64,000 nucleotides of DNA. Origin: Verrucomicrobiota bacterium. GTDB lineage: Bacteria > Verrucomicrobiota > Verrucomicrobiia > Opitutales > Opitutaceae. Position 1 is the stretch's first letter; each line of letters opens with the position of its first letter. A program made the position numbers and the translations under genes. Of the stretch, positions 1-9,947 are shown piece after piece. Under the pieces are notes generated by a model. The model had not been told where the DNA came from and did no database searches. It saw nothing but the letters and a program-made list of their open reading frames with translations. The stretch lies in contig JANYJB010000006.1 of NCBI GenBank assembly GCA_025361935.1, positions 3,344 through 67,343 of the forward strand, read 5' to 3'.

Positions 1-237
1 GCCCAAGCCGAAGTCGCCACCGCGCGCGAGCCGGTGGGCGAGCCGATTCTGCGCCTCTACGACCGGCTGGCCACGCGCCACATGCCTGTCTGCGTGCCCG
101 TTAAGGGCAACACCTGCGGCGGCTGCCACCTCAAGGTGTCCTCCGAGGTCGAATCGGCCCTGCGCGGCAAGGGTGACCCCGCCAAGCTCATCACCTGCGA
201 CCAGTGCGGACGCATCGTGTGGTTTGACAACATGTGA
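1..237 (+). CDS. C4-type zinc-ribbon domain protein (DUF164/CT398-like), 3' part only
   Basis: Frame open from the window edge; CGGCH...CDQCGRIV zinc knuckle at the C-terminus; stop TGA 235-237. Confidence 0.8.
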   Translation, partial: AQAEVATAREPVGEPILRLYDRLATRHMPVCVPVKGNTCGGCHLKVSSEVESALRGKGDPAKLITCDQCGRIVWFDNM

Positions 238-313
238 GGCGGGCCGGGCGGTTTTGCGCTACATGCGCATTAGTCGTTCGACATCCCGTATTCCGCGACT
301 TTAAGGTCGCGGC

Positions 314-773
314 TGGTTTTGGGGCTGGATCGTCGCTCCAAGTTCTTTGATCCCACGCGGGCGGGTAACGCCGTCCGCAGACTAATACAGCTTGGAGAGG
401 AAAGTCCGGACACCGCAGGGCAGGATGCCGCACGAGCTTCACGGCAAGTGCGGGCGGCGCGTTTCAAGGCGCGCCGACGGCCAGTGTCACAGAGAATATA
501 CCGCCGCGCGGGCAACCGCGAGGTAAGGGTGAAAAGGTGGGGTAAGAGCCCACCGCGTCGCCAGCAATGGCGGCGGCACGACAAACCCCTTCCGGTGCAA
601 GGCAAAATAGGTGGCTGGGCGGCTCGTCCTTTAGCCACGGGTATGCCGCACCTTCCGCGCTTCGCGCAAGCGGGCAGCGGAGGGCTCGTTCGCCGCAAGG
701 CGAACGTGAGAGAAATGACGATCAACCACCGCAAGGTGGACACACAGAATCCGGCTTACCGGCCCCAAAACCA
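314..773 (+). ncRNA. rnpB: RNase P RNA (bacterial type A)
   Basis: Hallmark GAGGAAAGTCCGG near 397 and ACAGAATCCGGCTTA near 744; P1 pairing TGGTTTTGGGGCTGG / CCGGCCCCAAAACCA; AGGGTGAAAAGGTGGGGTAAGAGCCCACCG core; several GNRA-capped hairpins. Confidence 0.95.
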
Positions 774-884
774 ATTTTTATCGGTAGCTCAACGCAGCGG
801 ACGCCATTGCCCGTGCGACCGAGATTGCCCTTGACTCAACCTCTCGGGTTTGGGTTTCTGTCCGGCTTTAACTTTTAAACCGCC

Positions 885-1145
885 ATGGCCAACACGAAAT
901 CCGCTATCAAAGCCGCCCGCAAGGCGACCCGTCTGACGACCCGCAACAAGGGTGTCAAAACCCGCCTCAAGACTCTCCACAAGAAGCTCCTGACCGCCGA
1001 GAAGGCCGGCAAGCTCGAAGACACCAAGGTTGCCGCCGCCGCCTACGTCTCCGCCATGGACAAGGCCACCAAGTCCGGCGTCGTCCACAAGAACGCCGCC
1101 GCCCGCGCCAAGTCGCACGTCGCGAAGTTCGTGTTCGCCAAGTAA
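885..1145 (+). CDS. rpsT: 30S ribosomal protein S20
   Basis: MANTKSAIKAARK...MDKA..GVVHKNAAARAKS signature, 86 aa, basic. Confidence 0.97.
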   Translation: MANTKSAIKAARKATRLTTRNKGVKTRLKTLHKKLLTAEKAGKLEDTKVAAAAYVSAMDKATKSGVVHKNAAARAKSHVAKFVFAK

Positions 1146-1171
1146 TCGTTCGGCTCGCGCCAAAATCCTTT

Positions 1172-1206
1172 AGCCCCCGCCGGCCTCGCGCCAGCGGGGG
1201 CTTTTT
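1172..1206 (+). terminator. Intrinsic terminator after rpsT
   Basis: AGCCCCCGC..GCGGGGGCT GC-rich stem followed by a T tract. Confidence 0.8.
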
Positions 1207-1271
1207 GTTGGCTGCGCGAGCGGTTAGGATTGAGCCGGCGCGCCGGATTTGGAGTGTAAGTTCCGCAACCC

Positions 1272-4169
1272 GTGGCCAACCCTCCGCGAATTGAACTGCT
1301 TCTGTCCCGCCATGCCGACACCGCGTGGGTGGAGGTCGTGCGTCCATGGCTTGAGGCCGGCCGAGGACAACTGGCCCGCGCCTTCGTCGTCGTGGCCACC
1401 CGCGGCCAGGCGCATGGATTCAAACAACGCTGTCTCATGGAAGGCGTGCCGCTGCTCGGGGTGGAATTTTTAACGCCCGGTCTTGCCCGCCAAAAATGGC
1501 GTGCGCTCGCCGCCGAGCCGCGTTCGGTGATCGGCCGCGAGCTGTTGTTACTTGGCCTGCGCACGCTGATCGCGCGCCGTTTGGCTCCGCTCTCGATCAC
1601 GGATGAGCACTGGGGTTTCTGGAAAAGCCTGCAAAGCGACCCCGAGCGGGCGCTCGACGATTTCGACGCGCTGCTCAAGGGCGGGTTCCGCGCAAGTGAT
1701 TTCCCGCTGGAGCCGCTCAGGGAAGTTTTCACGGAGCTGACCGCGTGGGTGGAGGCGCACGGGGCGGGCTTTGCGCCGGTCGAGGCCGAGCGTGCGGGAC
1801 TCGCGAAATTACCGGCGGACGCGACGCGCATCGGCGGGCGTCTGCTGGTGTGCGGGTTGGGCGCGGAGCATTGGGGCGAGTTTTTCAACGTGGCGGCTTT
1901 CGTGCGCCGCATGACCGGCGTGACCGTGGTGCTGCCCGAGCCGGCGTTTCGCGGGCGCGCCGACAGCGATGAGAAATGGGTGGAACTCTGGCAGTCGTTG
2001 CTCGGCGTGTCCGCGCAGCCGATCGATGCGCCGCCACCCTCCGAAACCTGCGAGCCGGTCGGCGCGCTCTGGACGCGCGAGCCGGCGGACGGCGCGACCG
2101 AGCGGGCCACCGTGCTGGTGGGGCGAGCGCGGGCCGACGAAATGGTTTTGGTGGCCGACGCGATTACTGAACGTCTCGCGAACGGGGCCGAAAATATCGG
2201 CGTTATTTTCCCGAAGGCAGACGCGGCTTATCTGAGGTTGATTGCGCTGCTGCGCGCGCGCGACGTGTCTTTTGCCGATTTGCTCGAAGGCGCGGCGATG
2301 CCGCCAGTGGATGTCCAGGCGCAGCGGGCGTTGGTTAAGTTCTACAAAGGCGGCGCGCGTATCGACGATCTCCTGGAGATCTGGCCGCTGTTGCGCGCGC
2401 TCGGCGCGGGCAACGACGAGCACGTCAACCTCACGCTTGCGACGGTGCGCACCGCGTGCGAACGCAGTTTCGACGAGTTGCACACGCATGCGCTGGCCGC
2501 GCATGTGGAGCACTGGAAAGAGGAGGAACCTGCGCTCGCGGAGATCGCGGGAAAACTTCTGCCGGCGTGGCCGGACGAGCTGAAGCTGGCGGACGCGCTG
2601 GTGCGATTTGAAGCGGCGTGCGGGGCGCTCGGCATTGTCGAGCCCGAGGGACTCGGGCCGCTGGAGGCGTTCGCCAAAAAGGCGGGCGACGAGGTTTTCC
2701 CGGTCGCGGTGGTGCTGGCCGCGCTGGAGGAATTTTTGCCGGCGAAGAGTCCGCCGGCTGACCGGACGGGCAAGGGGGCTTTTGCGCGCGTGACGATCAC
2801 GACGCGGCGACGGGCCGAAGGGTTGGCGTGGTCGCATCTGTTTCTGGTGGAGGCCAACGCGGGCGTCTGGCCGGATCGCGGTCAGCCGAGCCCGTGGCTG
2901 ACGGATGAGCAGCGCGAGGAGCTCAACAAACGCGGGCGGTTTACGCTGGGGCTGTTCACGGGCGAGCATCGGGCCGCGCTGGAAAAGGAAGGCTATGCGC
3001 AGCTGGCGCGTGATACGCGGAGCGAGGTGGTGTTCTCGGCGGCGCTGTTCGACGAGGAGAATCCGGAGCTGCCGCTGGCGCCAAACAGTTGGGTGGAGAG
3101 GGTGTTGTGGGCGAGCGGCGCGGCGACCGAGGCGGGCGGTTTGGAGGAGGCGTTCGCGCGCGAGGCGCGCGTGATGGCGGACGTTGTGAAGCCGGATGAG
3201 TCGGATAAAAAGTGGAAGGCTATCTGGGATGGGCGGCGCGATGCGGAGGAGCCGTTTGACGACTATTTTTTTGCGGGCGATCCGGCGGTGATAACGCCGG
3301 AGAAGTGGTCGGCGCGACGCGTGGAGCAGGGCGTGCAGGACCCGGCGGTGCTGTGGTTCGAGAGCGTGCTCGGCGTGCGCCGCGTGCCGTGGGAGCCGTT
3401 GGTGCGCGTGCGGGCACGGGCGCTCGGGCAGCTCGCGCATGCGTTGCTCGCGGAGGCACTCGCGGCGGGGCAGGTGGGCGCGGGAGGGTTTGGTCCGCTG
3501 CCGTTGCAGGATGAAGCGGCGGAACGACTGGCCGGGGCGCTCGCGACCAAGCGTGCGGGTTGGCCGGCGGACCGGTATTGGGACTCGTTTCACGCGGAGC
3601 TGACGCATGCGTGCGAGGTGCTGCTGGGTCGCACGTATGAGCTCGCGCCGGCGCAGGCGTTTGTCGCCGCCGAGTGGAATCTGCCCAAGGGCGCGACGGT
3701 AAAGTGCGGCGAAAAACGCATCGAAGTGGGAGGGCGCGTCGATCTCGTGTTGAGCGACCGGCCGGGCTGGCGCGGGGCGACGGTGGAGATTTTGGATTTC
3801 AAGACGGGCGGTGACGTGAAGCTCAATGCGGAGCGGATGGCGCGCGACGGGAGGTCGTTGCAACTGGCGCTTTACCTCGCGGCGATGCAGGCGCTGGGCG
3901 CAGCGGGCGGGCGCGTGTGGATGGTGAAGATCGAGCCGGGCGGGACGACGTCGCTGGGTATGGAGGAGGTGGACTTGGCGCTGACCTCGCTCTCGCGGCT
4001 GGGGAAATTTATCGCGAGCGGACGTTACGGGGCGCTGACGGCTGACCGGGCGGAATATCCGCCTTATGGTTACACGTGGCCGCTGGCCTGCGTGCCGGTG
4101 CCGGCGACGGTGCTGGCGGCGAAGTTCGTGAAAACCTTCGGAAGCGAAGAGGAGGAGGCCGATGTCTGA
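1272..4169 (+). CDS. addB: AddB-like inactive helicase with C-terminal PD-(D/E)XK nuclease
   Basis: C-terminal GRVDLV...ILDFKTG...SLQLALY RecB-family nuclease motifs; overlaps the start of the UvrD-type helicase-nuclease. Confidence 0.75.
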   Translation: MANPPRIELLLSRHADTAWVEVVRPWLEAGRGQLARAFVVVATRGQAHGFKQRCLMEGVPLLGVEFLTPGLARQKWRALAAEPRSVIGRELLLLGLRTLIARRLAPLSITDEHWGFWKSLQSDPERALDDFDALLKGGFRASDFPLEPLREVFTELTAWVEAHGAGFAPVEAERAGLAKLPADATRIGGRLLVCGLGAEHWGEFFNVAAFVRRMTGVTVVLPEPAFRGRADSDEKWVELWQSLLGVSAQPIDAPPPSETCEPVGALWTREPADGATERATVLVGRARADEMVLVADAITERLANGAENIGVIFPKADAAYLRLIALLRARDVSFADLLEGAAMPPVDVQAQRALVKFYKGGARIDDLLEIWPLLRALGAGNDEHVNLTLATVRTACERSFDELHTHALAAHVEHWKEEEPALAEIAGKLLPAWPDELKLADALVRFEAACGALGIVEPEGLGPLEAFAKKAGDEVFPVAVVLAALEEFLPAKSPPADRTGKGAFARVTITTRRRAEGLAWSHLFLVEANAGVWPDRGQPSPWLTDEQREELNKRGRFTLGLFTGEHRAALEKEGYAQLARDTRSEVVFSAALFDEENPELPLAPNSWVERVLWASGAATEAGGLEEAFAREARVMADVVKPDESDKKWKAIWDGRRDAEEPFDDYFFAGDPAVITPEKWSARRVEQGVQDPAVLWFESVLGVRRVPWEPLVRVRARALGQLAHALLAEALAAGQVGAGGFGPLPLQDEAAERLAGALATKRAGWPADRYWDSFHAELTHACEVLLGRTYELAPAQAFVAAEWNLPKGATVKCGEKRIEVGGRVDLVLSDRPGWRGATVEILDFKTGGDVKLNAERMARDGRSLQLALYLAAMQALGAAGGRVWMVKIEPGGTTSLGMEEVDLALTSLSRLGKFIASGRYGALTADRAEYPPYGYTWPLACVPVPATVLAAKFVKTFGSEEEEADV

Positions 4170-7100
4170 CGCGCCGCGACTGATCGACCAGGAGGCGCGC
4201 GAGCGTTTCCGCAACGAGTGGCACCGCAACTTTGCGGTGAGCGCCAACGCGGGCTCGGGCAAAACGACCGCGATTTCGGAGCGGCTGGCGGCGATGGCAC
4301 TCGCGGCGGAAGGCGCGGAGATGTTGCGCAAGACGGCGGTCGTGACGTTCACGAAAAAGGCGGCGGCGCAGATCGGCCAGAGGGCGCGGGCGGTGTTGCT
4401 TAAGCGAGTCGGAGAAACGGGCGGGAAAGATCTCGCGCCGCTCGATCATCTGGAGCGGGCGTTCTTTGGGACGATCCACAGTTTTTGCCTGAAGCTGGCG
4501 CAGACCTACGGGCAGACGCTGGGCATTAACTTGAACCCCGAGGTGGTGAGCGACGACAACGACGAGGCGTTGTGGGAGGAATTTTTGGAGCAGGACGCGA
4601 TGCAGTTTTCGTCGCTGCCGCCGGAGCAGCTGTCGGCTTTTCTGCGGCATGCGCCTCTGGAGGATGTGTTCACGCTGGCGCGTCAGCTGGATGATGCGAC
4701 GGCGCGACGGTTTTTGAAATGCGTGCCCGGGCGGATCGTTGGGCCGGATGCGATGGTGTTGAAGGAAATCCTGGCGGTTACCTCGAAGCGGAAGGACTCT
4801 ATGCCGAAAATTGCGGCGAACCAGGCGGCGGCGGCGGAGTGGTTGCTGGCATGGAAAGAAGAGTCGCGTTATCTGCCGATCATCAAACCCGACGGGACAG
4901 CGGGCGGGATAGTGGCGTTGTTTGATCGCTTTTTCGCGCCGTTGAAGGACTGGCTCGCGTCGGCGGGTGCGGTGGTGGCGGCGGAACTGGCGGAGCGGTA
5001 TCGGGTGTGGCGTTTCGAGCGCGGCGTGCAGACTTACGCGGACCAGATCGACGCGGCGATGGCGGTGCTGCGCGACCGGGAAATTTTGGAGCGCATCCGC
5101 GCGGAGGGCTGGCGGGTGATTCTGGACGAGGCTCAGGATACCGATCCGCAGCAGTTCGCGGTGCTGGTGGAGATCACGCGTCCGCCGGGAGCGGAGTTGC
5201 ATGCGTGGCCGGACGCGCCCGGCGCGACGGGACCGCGCGCGGGGCATTTTTGCCTCGTGGGTGATGGGCAGCAGGCGATTTATGGGAGCCGGGCGGACAT
5301 CCGGAATTTCCGGCGGCACACACAGGCGTTCGGACGCGGCGATGGTGGGGAGTTATTGAATTTTCAGGTGACGTTTCGCGCGCCGCACGCGGTGGTGGGG
5401 TTGCTCAACGCGACGCTGCCGGAGGCGTTTGGCGAGGAGCGGGCGTATAATTTCGGACTGGCGTTGGGCGAAAGCGCGTCGGCACCGATGTTACAGGTGC
5501 CGTATGAGCCGCTGGAGGCGGGACCGAAAAATGTCGAAGGCGCGGCGCGGCGGCTGCCGCTGGTCGTGCCTGTGACTGTGCTAAGCGGGGTCGATGCGTG
5601 GCTGGCGGAGGAAATCCGGCAGGTGGCGGTGTTTTTTAAGACGAACGGGCCGGCGGGTGTGGGCGCGCGGAATTGGGGCGAGGTCTGCGTGATCGCGCCG
5701 CGCAACGGTTGGTTGCTGGAGGCGCGCAAGGGCTTCGAGGCGGAGGGACTGAAAGTGGCGTTGCAGACGCGGCGCAACCGCAATGGCGACAACCCGGCCT
5801 ATGCGTGGCTGGCGGGGCTGCTCGCGGTGGTGTGCGATCCGGACAACGCGTTCGAGTGGGTGGGGGTTCTACGGGAGATTTTTGGAGTGAGCGACGCGCT
5901 GCTGGCGGTCGAACGGAAGCGAGAAGGCGGCGCGGAGAACGGTTTCAACTGGGCCGACCCGGAGGCGCATCCAGAGCCGTTGCGCGGGGCACTGGCGACG
6001 TTGCGGCCGTTTATTTTGAAGGCGCAGGACGAGGGCGTGGCGTTGGAGCGGTTTTGCGCGGAGTTGGTTAAGGCGACGCGGTTGGAAGAGAAAATCCGGC
6101 TGGTCGATCCGAGCGGTGGCGTGGCCGGGGAGCTGGAGCGGTTGCTGGCGCAGGCGGCGGAACTGGGACTGGAGGGAGCCGGGCCGCGCGATTGGTGGCG
6201 CGAGCTCGCGGCGCATCTCGACGACGGGCGTCCGGCGGGCAAGCCGACCGACGATGCGATCAATCTACTGACATCGCATTCGGCCAAGGGTCTCGAATGG
6301 CCCGTGGTGGTTGTGCTCGGCCTGTGGCGCGAGCCGGGGACGTTTACGGAGCGAGGACTGCGGCTGATCCCGGATGCGACCGGACAGATGGGCGTGTTTT
6401 TCGACGGAGCGAGCGTGCCGGCCGACACCAAGGATGCGCGGGAGCGCGAGCGGTTGCGGGAGTTGGTGCGGTTGCTCTATGTGACGCTGACGCGGCCGCG
6501 GCGGGTGTTGATGTTGCCGTGGGCTGAAGGCTTTGGCGGCAAGGCGAAGGCGGGGAGTTTTGCCACGCTGTGGGGGGCGGATTTTACGGAAATTGAAGAA
6601 ATGGATGGGGTTGGAGTGGTTGAATCGGCTCCTGCCATGTTGCAACCGACGAAGATGCCACGGGCGAAAAATGCTTCTGTGGTGAAGACGCCGGTTGCGT
6701 TGCCCCAGCGGGTGTTGCCGCATCAATTGGCGAACAAGCCTGATCTGACTCGGCTTGCGATGCATGAATCAGGGCTTGAGGAACCGGTTTCGGCGCGGGC
6801 GCTTACGGATGATGCCGTGGACTACGGTTTGTGGTGGCATGAGACGCTGGAGTTTATGCCTTGGAAGGGCGATGAAGCCGCAGTCTCTGCGCATGGAGCC
6901 GTGCGGCTGGAGGCTGCGAAAGCGGCGGGCTTCGGCGCACGCGCGGCGGAAGAATGGAATCGGTGGCTGGCCAGTTCATCGCGGCGGGAGTTGGGCAATC
7001 CCAAGTGGGCGCGGCAGGCCGAGTTGTCGGTCTTCGCGCCGCTCGATGAAAACGCGTGGATGGATGGCGTGATCGATCTGGTCCTGCACGACCCGGTTGC

Positions 7101-7314
7101 CCGCCAAGTCTGGGTGCTGGACTGGAAGACCAATCGCCGTCGGGTAGAAGAATCGGACGAGGCGTTGCTGAGCCGCCTGCGCGAGGAGTATGCGCCTCAA
7201 CTGGCGGCCTATGGCGCGAGCGTGAAGGCGTTCTTTCCGGGCTGCGCGGTGAGGTTGTTGGTCTATAGCACGGCGGTGGGCGGGTGGGTGGAGACGGTCT
7301 GCGGGGCAGATTGA
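4162..7314 (+). CDS. addA: AddA-like UvrD helicase-nuclease
   Basis: ANAGSGKT Walker A, VTFTKKAA, TIHSF, ILDEAQDTD, VGDGQQAIY, TSHSAKGLE, RLLYVTLTR; C-terminal GVIDLV..LDWKT..QLAAY nuclease. Confidence 0.9.
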   Translation: MSDAPRLIDQEARERFRNEWHRNFAVSANAGSGKTTAISERLAAMALAAEGAEMLRKTAVVTFTKKAAAQIGQRARAVLLKRVGETGGKDLAPLDHLERAFFGTIHSFCLKLAQTYGQTLGINLNPEVVSDDNDEALWEEFLEQDAMQFSSLPPEQLSAFLRHAPLEDVFTLARQLDDATARRFLKCVPGRIVGPDAMVLKEILAVTSKRKDSMPKIAANQAAAAEWLLAWKEESRYLPIIKPDGTAGGIVALFDRFFAPLKDWLASAGAVVAAELAERYRVWRFERGVQTYADQIDAAMAVLRDREILERIRAEGWRVILDEAQDTDPQQFAVLVEITRPPGAELHAWPDAPGATGPRAGHFCLVGDGQQAIYGSRADIRNFRRHTQAFGRGDGGELLNFQVTFRAPHAVVGLLNATLPEAFGEERAYNFGLALGESASAPMLQVPYEPLEAGPKNVEGAARRLPLVVPVTVLSGVDAWLAEEIRQVAVFFKTNGPAGVGARNWGEVCVIAPRNGWLLEARKGFEAEGLKVALQTRRNRNGDNPAYAWLAGLLAVVCDPDNAFEWVGVLREIFGVSDALLAVERKREGGAENGFNWADPEAHPEPLRGALATLRPFILKAQDEGVALERFCAELVKATRLEEKIRLVDPSGGVAGELERLLAQAAELGLEGAGPRDWWRELAAHLDDGRPAGKPTDDAINLLTSHSAKGLEWPVVVVLGLWREPGTFTERGLRLIPDATGQMGVFFDGASVPADTKDARERERLRELVRLLYVTLTRPRRVLMLPWAEGFGGKAKAGSFATLWGADFTEIEEMDGVGVVESAPAMLQPTKMPRAKNASVVKTPVALPQRVLPHQLANKPDLTRLAMHESGLEEPVSARALTDDAVDYGLWWHETLEFMPWKGDEAAVSAHGAVRLEAAKAAGFGARAAEEWNRWLASSSRRELGNPKWARQAELSVFAPLDENAWMDGVIDLVLHDPVARQVWVLDWKTNRRRVEESDEALLSRLREEYAPQLAAYGASVKAFFPGCAVRLLVYSTAVGGWVETVCGAD

Positions 7315-7388
7315 GCTTTACAGCGGGGGGCGCAGACTGTTTGACCGTCTGTTTCTACACGAACCTTTCAATTCAAACCTGACTCCAC

Positions 7389-7490
7389 ATGGGCAACCTC
7401 AAAAAGAAACGCCGTCTCCAGATGAACAAGCACAAGCGCAAAAAGCGCTTGAAGGCCAACCGCCATAAAAAGCGCACGTGGCAGAAGTGA
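7389..7490 (+). CDS. AURKAIP1/COX24 (DUF1713) small basic protein, ribosomal protein bS22/mS38-like, 33 aa
   Basis: Manual translation [33 protein letters not shown]; fits the KKRRxxMxKHKxKKxL family pattern; has its own terminator; below the ORF-track cutoff. Confidence 0.85.
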   Translation: MGNLKKKRRLQMNKHKRKKRLKANRHKKRTWQK

Positions 7491-7525
7491 TCTTACCGTC
7501 CCACGGAAGTTTAACTCTTTTCATC

Positions 7526-7556
7526 AAAACCTGCCTCGCTTTAAGGCAGGTTTTTT
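7526..7556 (+). terminator. Intrinsic terminator
   Basis: AAAACCTGCCT-cgcttta-AGGCAGGTTTTTT. Confidence 0.85.
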
Positions 7557-7733
7557 GTGTCATCAAAGAATTGTGAATACTGTTTCGTGGCAGGTGATTG
7601 AGAGAAATATGCTTGAGTTGCATGCTTCTTGCTTAGAGGGTATCAGCCCTTTCAGGGCGGCATTTCTTAATTAAACGTCAGCGATTTACATAATCAACCT
7701 CTGCCTTTTTTCTAAGGCTACGTCGAAGACCTC

Positions 7734-8771
7734 ATGTTTCTATCCGCCAAAACAAAACAAATCTTCGTGGATTTTGGGGATCACGTTGTGCTGGTGGCAA
7801 AGACTTCGTCTGCAACTGCTCCTTTCGTCGTGGAAGACATCCGGGAATGCCCTCCCGGTGATCAAGCGGCTTTGGTCGAGGCATTAAGTGCGATGCAGAC
7901 GCAGAAAAATGCTGGTGGACTAACCCATGCCAACTGTTCTGTTTACACGTCCAAACGAGTGATACGGAAGATACCTCTTGATAACAAGAGATTGAAGGAG
8001 CCGAATTATCTTAATGAATTGGCAGGCCAGCAATTACGTATCGATCCCGAGAAGTATACCTTGGCTCTCCTTAATCCCGTGGATGGTTCAGAATACGATA
8101 TGGTAAAAGCATCCCCAAAAGATGCGATTTTTTGCGGTCTGCCGACGGAAGATATTAACGGGATTCAAGATCAATTGCTGACAAGTGGTATATATCCCGA
8201 GCGTTTGGAATTGGGCACTGTGGCGACGGTAGGTGCTCTCGTTGATTATCTTACTTTAACCCAAGCAAAAGCCCCGGTATTAATGTTGGAAATAGACGCC
8301 GATTCTACTAATTCATTTATCGTAACTCAGACTGGACTTGAGGCGTCCCGCCCGATTTCCCAAGGGTTGGAGGCGATGATTCCAGTGGTTCAGGCGGAAC
8401 TCGGACTTAAGGATGCAGAATCTGCCCGTAAATTATTTTTATCCAACGCGTTCGATTTCACTGGTATGGGGCCCGCTTTGATCAAAAAACTGATTCGCGA
8501 ACTGCAATCATTCATTGGTTTTTATGAGGTTCAAACTGGGCAGTCCATCGGGCAAATTGTATGCACGGTTTTGCCTTCGAAACTGGGGTGGGTTGAAGAA
8601 ACGATTGCGTCTCAGTTAAGTGTTACTGTTTTAAAAACTGACTTGGCTTCTTGGCTGCAAACCCGGCAGATTACTTTGGCGGACTCCTTGCCTGCTGCGA
8701 CCCAAGATGCCCGTCGTTTTGGTCTTTTCGGTTTAATGGCGCAATACGGTAACCATGCTCCCAATTCTTAA
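7734..8771 (+). CDS. PilM-like (actin/FtsA-fold) pilus assembly protein
   Basis: N-terminal IFVDFG motif, C-terminal ELQSFIGFY helix typical of PilM; first gene of an overlapping operon that ends in a secretin. Confidence 0.65.
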   Translation: MFLSAKTKQIFVDFGDHVVLVAKTSSATAPFVVEDIRECPPGDQAALVEALSAMQTQKNAGGLTHANCSVYTSKRVIRKIPLDNKRLKEPNYLNELAGQQLRIDPEKYTLALLNPVDGSEYDMVKASPKDAIFCGLPTEDINGIQDQLLTSGIYPERLELGTVATVGALVDYLTLTQAKAPVLMLEIDADSTNSFIVTQTGLEASRPISQGLEAMIPVVQAELGLKDAESARKLFLSNAFDFTGMGPALIKKLIRELQSFIGFYEVQTGQSIGQIVCTVLPSKLGWVEETIASQLSVTVLKTDLASWLQTRQITLADSLPAATQDARRFGLFGLMAQYGNHAPNS

Positions 8772-9387
8772 AAAACCGAGTGAGAAAGCCGTCGCGTTGA
8801 TGATGCCCGCGTGGCATCCGAATTTCCGTAACTCGGAGCGGCTACCAGATGTTAAAGTAGTCCGGACTGCCTTTTTCATAAATAGTGCAGCGGTTGTGGT
8901 TGTGCTCGTTCTCGGTCTCTATCTGGCCCAAAGCGAGATAGGGTTTCGTGCGCTTCGGGATCAGGCAGCCGATTGGCAGCGGCAGATCAACAATGAAAAA
9001 ACCAGCAGCGATCAGGCTGTTGCACAGTTTCAAAAATTTCAAGAAGAGGAAAAGCAGCTGCTTGAAATCAAGGACTTCCAGTCATCGAGGTTGATCGGTT
9101 CGGATTTGATTTTTGAGCTTGGCGAGTGTCTGCCACCCCGTGTCACTCTGACCATGATTGATTATCGTGGTCAAACCGTTGTGTTGCGCGGAACGATTGC
9201 AGGTTCGTCCGATGAAGCGAGTGGGGATGCTTCGGCGTATTTGAGCGTTTTGAGTAAAAACCCTGCTTTCGCCGATAAATTTGATGGGGTTTCTCTCACG
9301 GGTATTAGTCGTAACCCGACCACGAATGGTATTAGCTTTGAGATTTTGTTGAAATTAAAGTCCGACCAAAAGGGAGGAAAAAAATGA
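8755..9387 (+). CDS. PilN-like inner-membrane protein
   Basis: Single TM, coiled coil, then LPPRVTLT...LRG ferredoxin-like periplasmic domain; operon position. Confidence 0.65.
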   Translation: MLPILKKPSEKAVALMMPAWHPNFRNSERLPDVKVVRTAFFINSAAVVVVLVLGLYLAQSEIGFRALRDQAADWQRQINNEKTSSDQAVAQFQKFQEEEKQLLEIKDFQSSRLIGSDLIFELGECLPPRVTLTMIDYRGQTVVLRGTIAGSSDEASGDASAYLSVLSKNPAFADKFDGVSLTGISRNPTTNGISFEILLKLKSDQKGGKK

Positions 9388-9947
9388 GTATCGATGCCAA
9401 GTCATTATTGGCCGTCGTTAAAAAGAACCCGATTTTATCGGTCTGTAGTTTGGTCGGCCTGATTCTTTTTGCTGTTATTTACGTTCGGTCGGGCTTGGGT
9501 TCCGAGTTAAAGGCAGAACTCGACCAAAAGAGCGCCGAGGGTAAACGATATCACGCTAATCTCATCAATTCGGCTCGTTTGTCGAATGAACTTCAAGTGG
9601 TGATGGACGCCAATCGTATTGTTCGTGAACGTGCGATCAATCCCGCCGATCTTGCTAAAAATCTTCAATATTTTTATCGGATAGAGGCTGAAACGGGCGT
9701 CAAGTTTACCGATCTACGCCAATTGGGGTTCGGGAGCAGTTCCTCGACTGGTCAAAAACGTGTTGGTGCTGTTTATGTCGCAGTTAACTACGCCATGAGC
9801 GTTTCCGGAAATTTCCCCAATATCATCACTTTTCTGAAAAACCTTGAACAGGGGGCTCATTTTTGCCGCCTCAACTCGATGACGGCTTCTGTGACGGGCG
9901 CCGACACAACGCTTGTCTTGAACGTAGATTTACTCGGTCAGCCATGA
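9384..9947 (+). CDS. PilO-like inner-membrane protein
   Basis: N-terminal TM, coiled coil, MSVSGNFPNIITFLKNLE matches the PilO/GspM GxYxxxxxFLxxLE pattern. Confidence 0.7.
   Translation: MSIDAKSLLAVVKKNPILSVCSLVGLILFAVIYVRSGLGSELKAELDQKSAEGKRYHANLINSARLSNELQVVMDANRIVRERAINPADLAKNLQYFYRIEAETGVKFTDLRQLGFGSSSSTGQKRVGAVYVAVNYAMSVSGNFPNIITFLKNLEQGAHFCRLNSMTASVTGADTTLVLNVDLLGQP

Noticed and set aside
270-878. Several 100-170-aa ORFs over 270-878
   Set aside because: They overlap the RNase P RNA gene and have no protein-like features.
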